Source: Octopus sinensis (taxonomy: Eukaryota). Taken from it: a stretch of DNA of 64,000 nucleotides. Under the pieces are notes generated by a model, which did not search any database, had not been told where the DNA came from, and saw nothing but the letters and a program-made list of their open reading frames with translations. The stretch lies in NCBI RefSeq assembly GCF_006345805.1, contig NC_043014.1:5394001-5458000 (forward strand). Direction: 5' to 3'. Both the position numbers and the translations under genes were made by a program. Positions 1-13,189 of this stretch are shown here, in pieces (the first letter of the stretch is position 1; each line of letters starts with the position of its first letter).

Positions 1-1464
1 GCGACAATCACAGACATAAAACATAGATACATACACACTATGTGTGCTATACACACACACACATACATCTATATATATATATACATATCATATATACATA
101 CACACATATAATAGTTATGTATGTATATACATACATATCTATCTATCAATGTATCTATCTATCGATCTATCTATATATATATATATATATGTGTGTATAT
201 ATATATATATATGTGTGTGTGTGTGCATATATATATATATACATATACACACATCCCAAGGAAACACGAAGAAGAGTGGAATTGTACTCCTGTCCGATCG
301 CTCTTTCACCAGACATAATCCTGGAGAGGGAAATAAATGCGTAATGAAAAAAATCTAATGGTGGGGTTCTAGCATGGCCATGCCCTGTGGCTGCAACGTT
401 TAGCCCTATTAATATTAGTGTTAAGTATTATATCAAGATGTACACTTACACACACGCACAGAATCATACACATATAAACACACACACCCGCACACATAGG
501 AATACGTACATATTTACACACATTTATCTATTTCTCTCCATCAGGAACGGAATTTAGGCATCATTTGAAGGCTAAAACAGTGCGAAGCGCATTGTGACCA
601 GCGAGATGCAGCAACAACTGGTAGTTTGGTCTGTAACGGTGATACGGGGTTATATGTATACACGCACACACACACATACACACGTACATACACACACACC
701 AGCACAGATGCCCACATATACCTTTAACGAACAATAATCATACAGATACGCACACGCTTATACACACATGTCACAGACAAACACGCACATTCACGTACTT
801 AAGCGCACACACGCTCACAAGCACACGCACGCACATTACGCCCACACAACTCCAAAAACCCTCACACACACACGCATGTACAAATTCACAGAAACACCGA
901 TACATATACATACGCACAATATATGCCTACACGCGCACACACACATACACATAAGTATACACATATAGACACAGACACAAACACACACACGCACGCAAAA
1001 CTCACAACCCCACGGATACACGTATATACACCCATATACGCTTACACACATACAAACTCACACGTACACGCACACACAACTACACTCACATACGAGACGC
1101 ATGCACATAGAAACACACACACACAAATGAACCCACACATACGTCCCATACACACGGCACACAATTATACATACACGCACACAATTATACATACATGTAT
1201 ACTCGCATACGCACAGATATTCGCCACACACCCAAACGCTACGCATACACACACATGCACACACACATACATACACACACATTACATACGCCCAATTCCT
1301 TCTTCCTTGACCTTAACACTACTAACCCTACAACACGCAAAGATTAACAGCCACAACCACACACACACATACACACACACATGCACATACACATACACGT
1401 GTCATCATTGCACACATACACACATACACACACACGCACACGCAGACCTCCACACACTCTCTTA

Positions 1465-1762
1465 TCCACACTTACACACACATTCCTCTTCCTCTACCAC
1501 TATTCTGTCTTTGAAAGAACTTATCTTCACCCATTTTCTTCCGGTCATTCAAAATGTGGCCGCGTGTGTACAGTTGGCGATTTTTTCCTCTGTCTTCCCT
1601 CCTCTGGATCTTTCCTTCTTGTATGTTTCCGACGAAGAACTCCACCCGAAACGTTAAACCCTCCTTCTTTCCTTATTTCCTGAGCGTCCAATAATACTAT
1701 CTTTGTTCCACGTCCTCGCGTCGTTGTACTTTTGTGCTGTCATGTTTGGATTAAATTTACCT
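1465..1762 (+). mobile_element. Penelope-like element terminal (pLTR) fragment with degenerate minimal hammerhead at 1625-1659
   Basis: gttt-CCGACGA-stemII-GAAACGT-T-aaac, ending at an (AT)n run. Confidence 0.5.
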
Positions 1763-1775
1763 ATATATATATACA

Positions 1776-1814
<39 letters not shown>

Positions 1815-1831
1815 GTAGAAATACATGTGTG

Positions 1832-1866
<35 letters not shown>

Positions 1867-1893
1867 CTGTGTGTCTGTGTGTGTGTCTGTGTA

Positions 1894-2490
1894 CTAGCAG
1901 ACATACCCGGCATTGCTGGGGATTCAAATGGCAAAGTTGGTATATAGTATATTCCAGTCATTTTGAAACAGGTGATATTGGAAAGTGCAACATTGACAAC
2001 AAAACATTTGTAGAGTAAATGCTCGGATAATTCGACTAAGCAACATGCTATGCGTCCGTTTGGAGTGTTTCAGGCCCTAACCTGTCATACAAAATTGGAT
2101 GTGGGGTTTGTGTGATTTTTGAACGCACCGAAAAACTGTCAGTGGGTATACTCTCCTTTGCAGCAGTGTGCGCTGTGTGTAACACGAACTATCATCGGAA
2201 ATTTTGACACCTCACGTCGGGTTTGTTGTCCTACATCACTCATACAGTAAATTTGGAGGAACTGTGGTTGTTCATTCGCGGGTACCAGAGAACCAATAAG
2301 GCGATAGACTTGCCCTTGAACTTTGACGTCCGCGTAAATTCATGTTTATCTATCTTCTTAGATTCACCAAACGATGTCATTTGAAATGCTGAGTTGTATT
2401 GTCTGATATTGTTCAGAAAATCCTTTGACCGGATTGAAGCGCCTTCTAGAAAATTCCTAAGGGGTTGAGATGTTAGTGTTGGCAACGTTA
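1894..2490 (-). mobile_element. Helitron fragment (Rep N-terminal region plus 3' terminus)
   Basis: Minus-strand FLNNIRQYNSAFQMTSFG and, after a frameshift, KVQGQVYRLIGSLVP...PQFLQIY (Helitron_like_N motifs); 3' hairpin CCCAGCAATGCCGGG followed by CTAG|T. Confidence 0.8.
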
Positions 2491-3540
2491 ACTGTCCGAA
2501 TATGTAGTCATCTATTGCACTGTTTTAAGTTCTAAACAATAAAAAATACCCTGAAGTTCTATTTATATGATGCTATTTCTATTTTTTCCCAGAACCGTTT
2601 CATCTCCAAGAAATCTCTCGACGATAAACCTGATGACACACCAAGTAAGAACTAATTTTATGGCTAAAGTATTTTACCCATGTCTCCTTAACTAATGGTT
2701 TATAATTTCACCTACTTTGAATTAATTCCACATTACTATCCATATGTCCACAATAATATATACTAAGACACTTGCCTGAATTTATTTTAAACTATGTTCT
2801 ACTTTACAAGAATTCCCTAAATATAATGTTATTCTAATATACTATGCCATTTATTGAGTGTATATGAGTATATATGCAGTGATACGTCGAGAATTGTTTC
2901 GGTCTGGGCGGTTCCAACGAGTGTGCTCTTCGCCGAGTGTCCGAGGCGGCCGGTATGTTCACTGTGAGCAAATTAGAGTGCTCAGAGCGAGCCCCACTGG
3001 CTTGTATACAAAAAGCATGGAATGCCCTCTTCATCTGAGAATCAAATGCCCGAGCTTAAGCACAAGCATACTTTCACTTACACATACACAGATACGCATG
3101 CTTACAAATACAGACGGTTTGCGTGAATATATGTACACATGCTTTTATGTGTATAATTTAGATTCATATTCATACGTCTGTATATGTATGTATGGCGTTT
3201 ACGCGCATCCTTTTGTGTATGTTGATATACATATGTGGATTTTAATATAAATATGTATTGCAGTATTTATAACAGGTTTAATTTCTATGCATTAATTTGT
3301 ACTGTCTTCATTAACGGCAATAGGTTTTTTCCTCGGTTTTTTCCTCGGATTTTATAATTTTTATAATTTTTATAAGTTTTTTTATATATATATACATATA
3401 TTTTTGACCTTTTTGTTTATCGCTCGAAGATTGACCGTTTTTTTCTAAAGGGCCAATCAAACAAGTCCATTTCTTTTTAAAGGTGTAGCGTTTGTAAGAG
3501 TATAGATTGAATTAATATATATGTTCCATTCTAGCAAAAA

Positions 3541-3578
3541 CTGTCTGATGAACGGCAACGAGAAACTCAGAGTAACAG
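3541..3578 (+). ncRNA. Minimal type-I hammerhead ribozyme motif in a Penelope-like terminal repeat (~3250-3685)
   Basis: Stem I ctgt/acag, CTGATGA core, stem II cg-GCAA-cg, GAAA, stem III ACTC/GAGT, GUA cleavage triplet. Confidence 0.65.
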
Positions 3579-3680
3579 ATTTTGTTGAATTTTCTGCTGC
3601 TTAAAATAAAGCATATTACTCTACCACTGGTATTTGAGTACTCTTTTTTCCACCTTGTTTCACATTTATGTGTTTACTCC

Positions 3681-3749
<69 letters not shown>

Positions 3750-4295
3750 CAATATAAGGAATGGTCATAATAGGACATTCGACTTACTAGAAAGCGCAGC
3801 CAAACTGAAACCGCTAAATACCCTAATATTTATTAATTAATGATTTTTTGGCTAATTTTGAAATTAAATCAGCAGTTTATATTTGCTGCTGAGAAGACAG
3901 CGCGATTGCGGTAGAATTTTGAAAATTTAGAGCATATGGACTGGAGGCTTCTTTACCATCGTCTCGTGGACATATACTCATCATAGGCTTCTCTGCTGAC
4001 GAGGCACGCCAGATGTAAATATATTTAATTTAATTAATTTGTTTACAAAGTTTGCAGAAACTATGCATAGTCCAGAGATGAAAGGGGTAAACGTTTTTAT
4101 TTACCTTTCTATTTCAGAATTACAACTAATTAAAGGTTTGAGTTTGGCTGCTCTTTCTAGTGAGTCGAATGTCGTATTATGGCCATTCCGTATATTGTTG
4201 AATGTATGGTATATAGTCTTTGACTATCTTTCCTTTGTCACTAGACCGCTGGTAGCAGAGAATTTTTTCTAGAATTTTTGCTACCCTTATATTTA

Positions 4296-4333
<38 letters not shown>

Positions 4334-4342
4334 TATGTAGAA

Positions 4343-4390
<48 letters not shown>

Positions 4391-4411
4391 CTGTGTGTGT
4401 CTGTGTGTGTA

Positions 4412-5010
4412 CTAGCAGACATACCCGGCATTGCTGGGGATTAAAATGGCAAAGTTGGTATATAATATATTCCAGTCATTTTGAAACAGGAGATATGGGA
4501 AAGTGCAACATTGACATCAAAACATTTGTCGAGTAAATGCTGGGCTAATTCGACTAAGCAACATGCTATGCGTCCGTTTGGAGTGTTTCAGGCCCTAACC
4601 TTTCATGCAAAATTGGAGGTGGGGTTTCTGTGATTTTTGAACACACCGAAAAGCTGTCAGTGGATATACTCTCCTTTGCAGCAGTGTGCGCTGTGTTTAA
4701 CACGACCCATCATCGGAAATTTTGACACCTCAAGTCGGGTTTCTTGTCCTACATCACTCATAGAATACATTTGGAGTAACTGTCGTTGTTCATTCGCGGG
4801 TACAAGAGAACCAATGAGGGGATAGACTTGCCCTTGAACTTTGACGTCGTCGTAAATTCATGTTTATCTATCTTCTTAGTTTCACCAAACGATGTCATTT
4901 GAAATGCAGAGTTGTATTGTTTGGTATTGTTCAAGAAGCCGTTTGACTGGATGGAAGCGCCTTCTAGAAGATTCCTAAGGCGTTGAGATGGTAGTGTTGG
5001 CAATGATACC
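4412..5010 (-). mobile_element. Helitron fragment, duplicate copy
   Basis: FLNNTKQYNSAFQMTSFG; same hairpin plus CTAG end. Confidence 0.8.
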
Positions 5011-5575
5011 TGTCCGAATATGTTGTTATCTATTGCATTGTTTTAAGTTCTAAGCGATAATAAATACCCTGAAGTTCTATTTATATGATGCTATTTCTAT
5101 TTTTTCACAGAACCGTGAAATCTCTAAGAAATCTCTCGACGATAAACCTGATGACACGCCAAGTAAGAACTAATTTTATGGCTAAAGTCTTTTACCCGTG
5201 ACTCATTAACTAATGATTTATAATTTCACCAACTTTGAATTAGTTCCACATTACCATCTATATGTCCACAATAATATATACTAAGACATTTGCCTGAATT
5301 TATTTCGAAACATGTTCTACTTTACAATAATTTCCTAAATAAAATGTTACTTTAATATACTATGCCATTTATTGTGTGTATATGAGTACATATGCAGTGC
5401 TACGTCGAGAATTATTTCGGCCCGCAAGTATCCTCCGAGTGTACTCTTCGCTGAGTGTCCGAGGCGAACGGTACGTTCACCATGAAAAAATTGGAGTGCT
5501 CAGAGCGAGCCCCGCCGGCTTGCATACGATAAGTATGGAATGCCCTCTTCATCTGAGAATCAAATGCCCGAGCTG

Positions 5576-7330
5576 GCGCTTCACTGCGTTTATATCTACA
5601 ATTCAGCATTCTGTCCACTCTTGTGCTTCCAATCATTCGTGAACATAGACCCGCAATAATGATGTTCCACTTTCCTACACAATGCGTATTTGTCAATCCT
5701 GCCTTGGGGTACCTTGCAGCCAACCCATTCAGTGCACGTTGTTGGTGACCATCAGACGAATCAGGTAGCAGCATGTCGTTTACAAATAACAGTCGACCGA
5801 TCACGTAGAGATGAATTGGGATACCTCTACAACAATGGCTGCGCATATTCAACCACATCACAAAAAAGAATGTGAGAAGGGGCACTAACAATGCACACTT
5901 CAACTAAGTGAAACCTTCACGTTGAAAACTTTCGACTTTTACATAAATACAATCATTTGAACATCCATATAAGTTTTTTATGGCAACCTGTATTTGCCCA
6001 TTAAACTCACCTTCCTGGTAAACCATCCACAACATGCCTCAGGGCACGTGATCATGTGCCTTTTCGTGGTTTACAGCGTATTCCTCTTGGAAATGCCTCA
6101 ACGTTTGCTGGAAGATCTATCTTTGAACGACTATCTGGTCGGGTGTACTGCGTCCCTGACTGTAATCTTGGGCGCGACAATTTCCCTACATATCTTTCCC
6201 TGACATCTAGTGTAGACTTTTCTATAATTAGAACACACTCTTTGGTATCTGTTTGAAAAAATTGTGATTGTAACCCCATATTACAATTGCCTTTGTGTGT
6301 TTTCCACAGGTCCCATCCACCTAGCATACATGTGTCACTCAGAGAATACCATCTGTATTTAAGGTTTCTAAAATATCAAGCCGAACGTGCTTTTCACCAG
6401 CAGCTTTACCACTTTTAAGTGAGTTTAGCTCAAATAAGCGTTCAACCGAAGAAGAACCTGCCGAAAAAAATAATACAATCACGAATCCATTTCGAGGTCC
6501 AACTTCATTCAGGCGGGTCACTCTCAATCTGGATGCAAAAGTCTCCACATATTTGTTTCTGATCCCAGCATCCACAGCGGCTTCCAATTGTATTCTGTAG
6601 GTTGCACTGGACTTAACAATTTCTAGTGTTCGGCGGACTGTAGGAATTTTCAGGTTTTTGGACATTTAGGTAGTGACGAGTTGACAATTCCACCCCTTCC
6701 TTTTACCCGAACGTTCAGCAAAGAGTGAAAAATGACCGAAATCTATCAGAAAACTCTGTCACCATGTATCTCTATACCAGGCACCCTTATAAATATCCAT
6801 GTCTTAAAATAATATCTATACCATAGAGGGGAGAGTGTGTATCCTGTAGAGAAGGCTGCTATGATCTCTCCATTAATTTCACTGACGACATTCCTTCCAA
6901 TCAATCTTTCTCACGGTTATCAGTGCCAAGGTGTGCACTGAAGTCTCCTTGCAGGACAAATGACTTTACCACAAATATATCTAAAGCTGAGGTGAATTTG
7001 CTTAGGAAGGATTTGTATTTGACCTCGCTGTTTGCTGCATATACTTACAGCAGCCACAGTGGTCCTTCATATTCAGCCTTAGCTTCAAGAGGTGAACCCT
7101 CACACCTAGTAGGTTTCACTCCATAATACAATCCGAAAGCTGGGGATTGAGTGTATCCTAATCCCACCTGTGCAGACATTGTTGGAACCACAGTTGCGTA
7201 GTGGAGTTTCAAGCCTATATCCAAGTGTACGCTATCGGAGAAAGGAAATTTTGTAGAGGAGACACCGCTTATATCTTACAGGCAGATTATATCTAACAAT
7301 TTTGACGTTTTAATTCTCAATTATTAAAGG
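5576..7330 (-). mobile_element. Decayed RTE-clade non-LTR retrotransposon (APE + RT)
   Basis: Minus strand: VLQGDFSAHLG (APE), LNSLKSGKAAGE..RLDILETLN, KAHDHVP.GMLW..., IGRLLFVNDMLL...QRALNGLA (cf. RLLFADD); many stops and frameshifts. Confidence 0.75.
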
Positions 7331-8789
7331 TTGTTCCCTTCTTGATCTGCTTTGGTGTCCTGAGACCGTCAATTATGTGCTCCCACCCCACGCACCCCAT
7401 ATTTAGTTCCAGGCTTCTTGCTGGTTTCACCGGTATTGTGTGGTGTGTGCTATACATTTATCGAACGGACTCCTCTACTCGAGATCCGGATGCGATGTCT
7501 TTTAACTAAATCGACAAATGATTCGGTATGGTTGTTATTTTCATATTGTAGTTATGATGGCCTTATTTGCGCCGAGCTCCACACTGATATTTGTAATTGA
7601 CCGATGAATATTCGTACCTGGCGAATATTTTATCATTATTCTATTGAGTTCTATCATTATTCTATTGAGAAGTATATATACTCATACCCAAGTTTACGTA
7701 TCATACATCCGTTCCTAGCGGAGACCGATACACATTCTGATATTCTGAGATTTATCTCTCAAATCTTTGACATCAACGTCACCAACAGGCTCAACAGACA
7801 AATGTCTTTTTTCTTTCTTTACAATTTATTCTTATTATTTACATCTTTCGTTCTGACTTTCATTCATTCACTCGTTCTTTCTTAACTTCTATATTTCTCT
7901 CTTCTCCATCAATTCCTTCCCATCCAACAACCTACTTTGTAAATGATTCCCCAATTCTTTCTTTTAACCTACATTATTTCATTTTAATTTCACAGAACCC
8001 GGTCTCTGATCATTGTATACCCGGTGGGGCAGAACAACTTGTCCTCCTTATTCAAACCTTGTATATGACGGTTAGTATACTTTATATTTCTGACCTCTCA
8101 TTCCCTTTTTGATTTCCTCTTGTTCTTTTTTTATACCTCTCATTCTCTCTTTTTGTTGACTCTCTTTCTCTCTCACCCCCTCTCTCACGCACACTCACAC
8201 ACACTCACCCTTTGTCGGGTTGTTCTCAAATCCTTTTATGATACGTCACGTTTCAAACGTCTATACCTGTAGACTATGCAGACACTACACAAGACTGCTT
8301 ACTCCTTTGTAGGTATTTGGTCAAATCAGAATATTATATGTTGTCTACTACGGACCAAGTGAAAAGGATGTTGTCTAACCGCAGAATATAGATATCTCTA
8401 CGTTAAATTACAGACAGGGGCTGGACTGAAAACCACCATGGCGATCAAGAATTTCAGGCTGACCAGCTTTGGATTGTAGATATCAAATACCGAGGCTGCT
8501 AACTGGTGATCAAATATACTGGCTACGGATGGTGGTATTGTACGTGAGTGACCAGAGCTGAAAGTGGTCACTTGACTATCATTAACTAGAGTGCCCAATG
8601 ATCGTAGGTGTGGACTAAATTGAATAGAGTCTATTTGAATTGATGACAGTGACTATAAACGATTAATGAATGAAAGCACAATGTAGAATGAGGACTGGAC
8701 AAGCCACATACTGTAACTGATGGAAAAAGCTGAGGACTTTATTCATTAAGTAAAATATAGAGAGACTAAATATTAGTGAGAGAACACAA

Positions 8790-9350
8790 CAGAGTACAGA
8801 ATGCACTTCTATTCTTCTCCGCCTCACCGAAATCGTCCTATCGCTAAAACCTTGCTCTTTTCATGCACAACAACACTTCATTAATTATCCAGTATATCCT
8901 TGTAAGGTAATTCCGAAACTTGCGATTCAAAACTGCTGCTAAAAACCGCTTCCCCAATCAACCTAACATTCCTTTAAAATGCTCTGAATCTACTCTCTAT
9001 AAACCCTACACGTATCCTTTATCGGTCGTCCACTCCACCGTCCATTCATCTTAAGCACTACGCCATCACTGAACCTCACAATTTTTCCTCCCACCTCGTT
9101 TCTGTGTATTGCATGAAAAAAAGTCTGTGTGATCATAACGTCTATGTAAGCCTGATTCGTCCGAGTCTAAACGAGAGGTTTAGCCACCGACTCTCGTATG
9201 ATCGACTAAACAACATTTCATCGACGGTTACCCACCACTTCTCTGCATCTCGTCGTCTCCCCTATTGTCCTACTCAAACCACCAACAATTTCCACCATCC
9301 AAAATATCCCCGTTCACACGTGAACATCTTTTCCATTTCGGATAAACACG
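8790..9350 (+). mobile_element. Ancient Penelope-like GIY-YIG remnant in intron 3 (counterparts ~26800-27380, ~42480-43020, ~54880-55440)
   Basis: YCMKKSLCDHNVYVSLIRPSLNERFSHRL resembles the PLE motif (I)YCI.C..C...YIG.T.R.L..RF.EH. Confidence 0.45.
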
Positions 9351-9456
9351 AGTGCATGCGTTATAAAATATCTTTCTTTTTCTCCATCAATATATATAAT
9401 TGGATTTGCATGAAACAAGCGTACCGCATTATATCTGGAGATCATTGATGCTTCTT

Positions 9457-9532
<76 letters not shown>

Positions 9533-10599
9533 ATGTACATATGATGACAAGGCAAATGCACAGCTACGTTCTCAAGCATTCAGCAACACACAGCTTACAC
9601 TTACATAAACACTAACATATATACACCACAATTCGTTCACACACGACTAAACATGACTCCTTTTAAGGGTCAATTTGTAATGAATATTTCCGTTATTTCA
9701 TATATAATTTTGCTTAACATCTTTTTTACTTGATTTATTCTTACAAATTCTAGGTGTGGCTGGTGGACAACTTTATAGCCATACTGGTGGCGGAAGTAAT
9801 CTCTTGTGTCTACCTAACGACCCCATTTGGGCCAATTATACGACAGGAGATACAAAAAGTGCTTACATTTATGGCAGTGAATATCAACTGGAAGTATACC
9901 CAACTAATAAATTCTTTTCTTTTCTAACGCTGAATCAATTTATGATCATAACGTTCCGTGCGCTGTCTGTTTGACACGACAACCTGCTGTTCTTATGATG
10001 TTACCAGCCAGGACAAAGTGTTACGCTGGTTGGACAGCTGAGTATTCAGGATATTTGATGTCCAGTCATTACGGGCATAAAGGCAAACTTGAATATGTGT
10101 GTGTGGACTATGCACCAGAAGCTGATCCAGCGGGTTACAGAAACGAAAACGGAGCTCTACTGTATTTCGTTCAAGCTGCTTGTGGTTCATTGCCATGTCC
10201 ACCGTATGTCAATGTTCGAGAATTAACCTGCATTGTGTGCAGTAAATATTGAATAGAAATTTACATTCGTTTCTATATGAAAATTTATGTCGGCGAATCA
10301 TAAAATATAATATAATAGAGCAACATATACGTTTCTTGTAATTGTGTTTCGCAGTATTTTATCCGACTAATATATGTCGTTAAATAAATTGCTGCTACAA
10401 GTTTTCAGAAAATATTCAAAACGAAACAACAGAGACGTCATAGAATGTGACAAATAGCTTAACAGAACGATGTAATCCTCAGGGAATGATTCTAGAATAC
10501 ATTGTATGAGGTTCAGTTTATTAAATTTAAATTTTGAAATATAATGATGATTCGTTTAAATGTGTGTTGTATTCCGTCTTAAAATGAAAACAATCCCCA

Positions 10600-11260
10600 A
10601 ATGAAACACCTCCGTACAAATATATCACCCTTTCATGATCAATCTTCAAAAAACACGATAAAAGCTTATAACTAACATCACTAAATCATGATGGGTTAGT
10701 AAAAAACAACTCCCAAACGTATCATTGTAACTACAATCGATGCGATGAAAGCTCTGCAATCCAATCACGGATATTACCAAATAAAGGATATTTGATATCC
10801 ACTGAAGAAATACCACAAAATGTTAACTACCTAACTACTTGTCAGGTGTTTCACGAAACTCTTTCGACAAGGGTACAAGTACACGTCCCACGATTAACTA
10901 TTTTCAACCTACATTCAAATATTCCCACTCTTCTACAAAAATCACACACACACACAACCTCGCGTCACATTACACACGCAGCCTCTCATCGTTCCCTGAA
11001 AACTGATGTGCCAAAATAAAATATGAAACCACCAAGAAATATGAGTACACTTCAGGAACAGCCTCAACCGAATCTACAGCAACACCACAAAACATCAAGT
11101 TCAACAAATTATCTCCGTCTGTAACATAAAACTATCAAACTCGCAGAAGAGGAACTTGCTTCGAGATACATGCATACAATAACTGTAACACACATAAACG
11201 ACTTAGTAAAGAAAGGAACACCACTTATAAAATATACATTAGGTGGAATCAGTGCAACAT
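10600..11260 (+). mobile_element. Possible highly decayed Penelope-like C-terminal fragment
   Basis: A/C-rich sequence with only faint similarity to the PLE endonuclease region; no clean motif. Confidence 0.25.
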
Positions 11261-12146
11261 GTTGAGTCTTTCACACTCTACCCAGCATGATTGCTCCTTG
11301 TATATGGGAGTTTGTAGAATGGCTGCCACATAAACGAAGGTATCCGTGGAAAGAGGGATCTGTGGGTGGCAGCACGTTTTTTGTCCGATTAATTGCGTGC
11401 CATAAGAATGCTCGATTGTGAAAAAGCTAGAGAAAAAGAATAATAATTAAGTAATATGAACGCACGAAATGCAAATTGACAAATGAATATATGGAAACAT
11501 TCAACATGGCGTTTCCAGTAAACAGTATTAGCGCTCAGTATTAGGCATAAGCAATTTTTAGGTTCGTTAAAATGTGCTAATGGCATATTTCAAACTCTAA
11601 AAGCAAATTCAGTGCAGAAAGCGGCAAAAACAGCATATCAGTCCAGTGCTGCTCCCTATCGAGTTTCAGTTCAACCGTCATCAAAAGAAAATACCGAAGT
11701 GGGGAATATCTGGACAAACTTAAAGCCATAGCTTTAACTTAAACATAGTCAACAACAACGAGTAAGTGACGCCATTAGAGCGCCAGGCTGGAGTCTGTCG
11801 TGAGTTACCTCCCTTCGGTATTTCTCTTTCATAAATTCTTCGCTAGAGGAGTTGACTTCAACCTTGTGCCCCAACAGTAACTGCGGTCGCTCGTGAGTGC
11901 CCGCATTTCCCCCGCATATTTGTGTGCGTGTGTGTGCGTGTGTCAATGTGTGTGTGTATGTTTGTGTCTGTGTGTGTATGTTAGTGTGTGTGTGTGTGTC
12001 AGTTTGTGTGTGTGTGTGTTTGTATATGTGTGTGTGTGTGTTTGTATGTGTGTGTGCGCCAGTGTGCGTGTATGTATTTGTTGGATAACTATCCGGAGAT
12101 AAAATATTCCCTATCAACGAAATCTGCAGTATTTCATGAACAACTG

Positions 12147-12318
12147 ATGAAATTTTTCAGAAAACTTTTCAAAAATTTTGATCAAAATTTCAAAAAAGTT
12201 TTTTAAATTTTGATGAAAATTTTCAAAAAAGTTTTTTAAAATTTTGATCAAAATTTTCAAAAAACTTTCCATAATTTTGATCAAAATTTTCAAAAAAGTT
12301 TTTTAAATTTTTGATGAA
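12147..12318. repeat. ~33-34 bp A/T-tract minisatellite (~5 units; aaaattttcaaaaaagttttttaaattttgatc)
   Basis: Directly visible periodicity. Confidence 0.85.
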
Positions 12319-12546
12319 GAGCTAGTAGAAACGTTAGCACGCCGGGCGAAATGCTTAGTGGTATTTCGTCTGCGGTTACGTTCTGTGTTCAAATTCCGCT
12401 GAGGTCGACTTTGCCTTTCATCATTTCGCGGTCGATAAATTAAGTACCAGTGAAACACTCGGGTTGATATAATCGACTTAATCCGCTTGTCTGTCCTTGT
12501 TTGTCCTCTGTGTGTTTAGCCCCTTGTGGGTAGTAAAGAAATAGAT
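12319..12546 (+). mobile_element. Cephalopod-type tRNA-related SINE (decayed minus-strand relatives at ~35935-36025 and ~51130-51222)
   Basis: gagct...gaaacgttagcacgccgggcgaaatgc...gttcaaattccgc.gaggtcgactttgcctttcatc, with a B-box-like GTTCAAATTCC. Confidence 0.7.
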
Positions 12547-12787
12547 AGATTTTAAAGCAATCTTACATGGACCCCCAACTATCAAATTAACTACAGTTGG
12601 GAACCACTGATTTGGGCACTTGTAAATCCAATATTAAAATTGACTTCGATATGAATCGAATCTTCGTTATATCTCAGAGGCAATATGTCTGAAAATAAAA
12701 AGAATAAAAAAATTGAAAAAAAACAAAGAACGGAGAAATGACTGCAAAAAAAGAATTGTTTGGATTGGGCAGACGTCGGAGGTAAAC

Positions 12788-12950
12788 ACAGCCACCACCA
12801 GCAAAACCATGACCGCCACCACAACCATTACCAGCACCAACACTACTACCACCACTACCATGACCACCACCACAACTACAACCATTGCCACCACCACCAC
12901 CATTACTATCTCAAAGAACAACACCACCACCACCAACATCAACAACAAAA
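12788..12950. repeat. Degenerate (ACC/AAC)n trinucleotide tract
   Basis: Directly visible. Confidence 0.9.
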
Positions 12951-13189
12951 GCCTTCATTGTATTGCCGAAGGTAAAAGAGAAGACATGTCAGCAATATCA
13001 AAGTCCCCCACCCCACCCCCGACCCCCAGCACCAGAGATTGAGGTTTACGAAAGATCCTGTATTAAAATCTAAGTGGAAACCCTTCTTCTTCCCGACATG
13101 TTGCTGCTATTTCAAAATGCCTCGGCCAGACTCACGCAAACAACGCCGGGTTCCTAATTCTAGAGAGAATCGGTCGTATTTAATGTATT

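Larger units (their letters stand above)
1810..5574 (+). repeat. Local ~1.25-kb direct duplication (~1810-3056 and ~4330-5574; offset ~2518 bp) carrying a Helitron fragment and exon 2
   Basis: Colinear high similarity by eye; the copies diverge after ...aaatgcccgagct. Confidence 0.9.
2593..10252 (+). pseudogene. Paralog 1 (most divergent): exon 2a 2593-2644, exon 2b 5111-5162, exon 3 7996-8070, exon 4 9754-10252; exon 1 not in window
   Basis: In-frame TGA at 8007-8009 where paralogs have GGA/GGT, and a 1-nt deletion near 9923 (TCTTTTCTAACG vs TCTTTTGCTAACG) that splits the domain between ORFs 9756 and 9971. Confidence 0.8.

Noticed and set aside
42-1683. HT/YI/CV-rich ORFs here and throughout the window
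   Set aside because: Translations of (AC)n, (AT)n, (GT)n, (CATA)n and (GATA)n microsatellites.
1810-5574. Helitron-mediated capture and transduction of exon 2
   Set aside because: Shared sequence extends beyond the Helitron CTAG 3' end (gtagaaata.atgtgtgtat flank in both copies), indicating a segmental duplication rather than transposition.
8007-8009. In-frame TGA as selenocysteine
   Set aside because: Aligns with Gly, not Cys; the same copy has a downstream frameshift; no SECIS recognised.
9993-10202. Conserved 69-aa antisense ORF in all four exon 4 copies
   Set aside because: Shadow of the conserved sense coding sequence.
12713-13042. Thr-rich mucin-like ORF as an extra exon
   Set aside because: (ACC/AAC)n microsatellite with no counterpart in the other duplication units and no convincing splice context.
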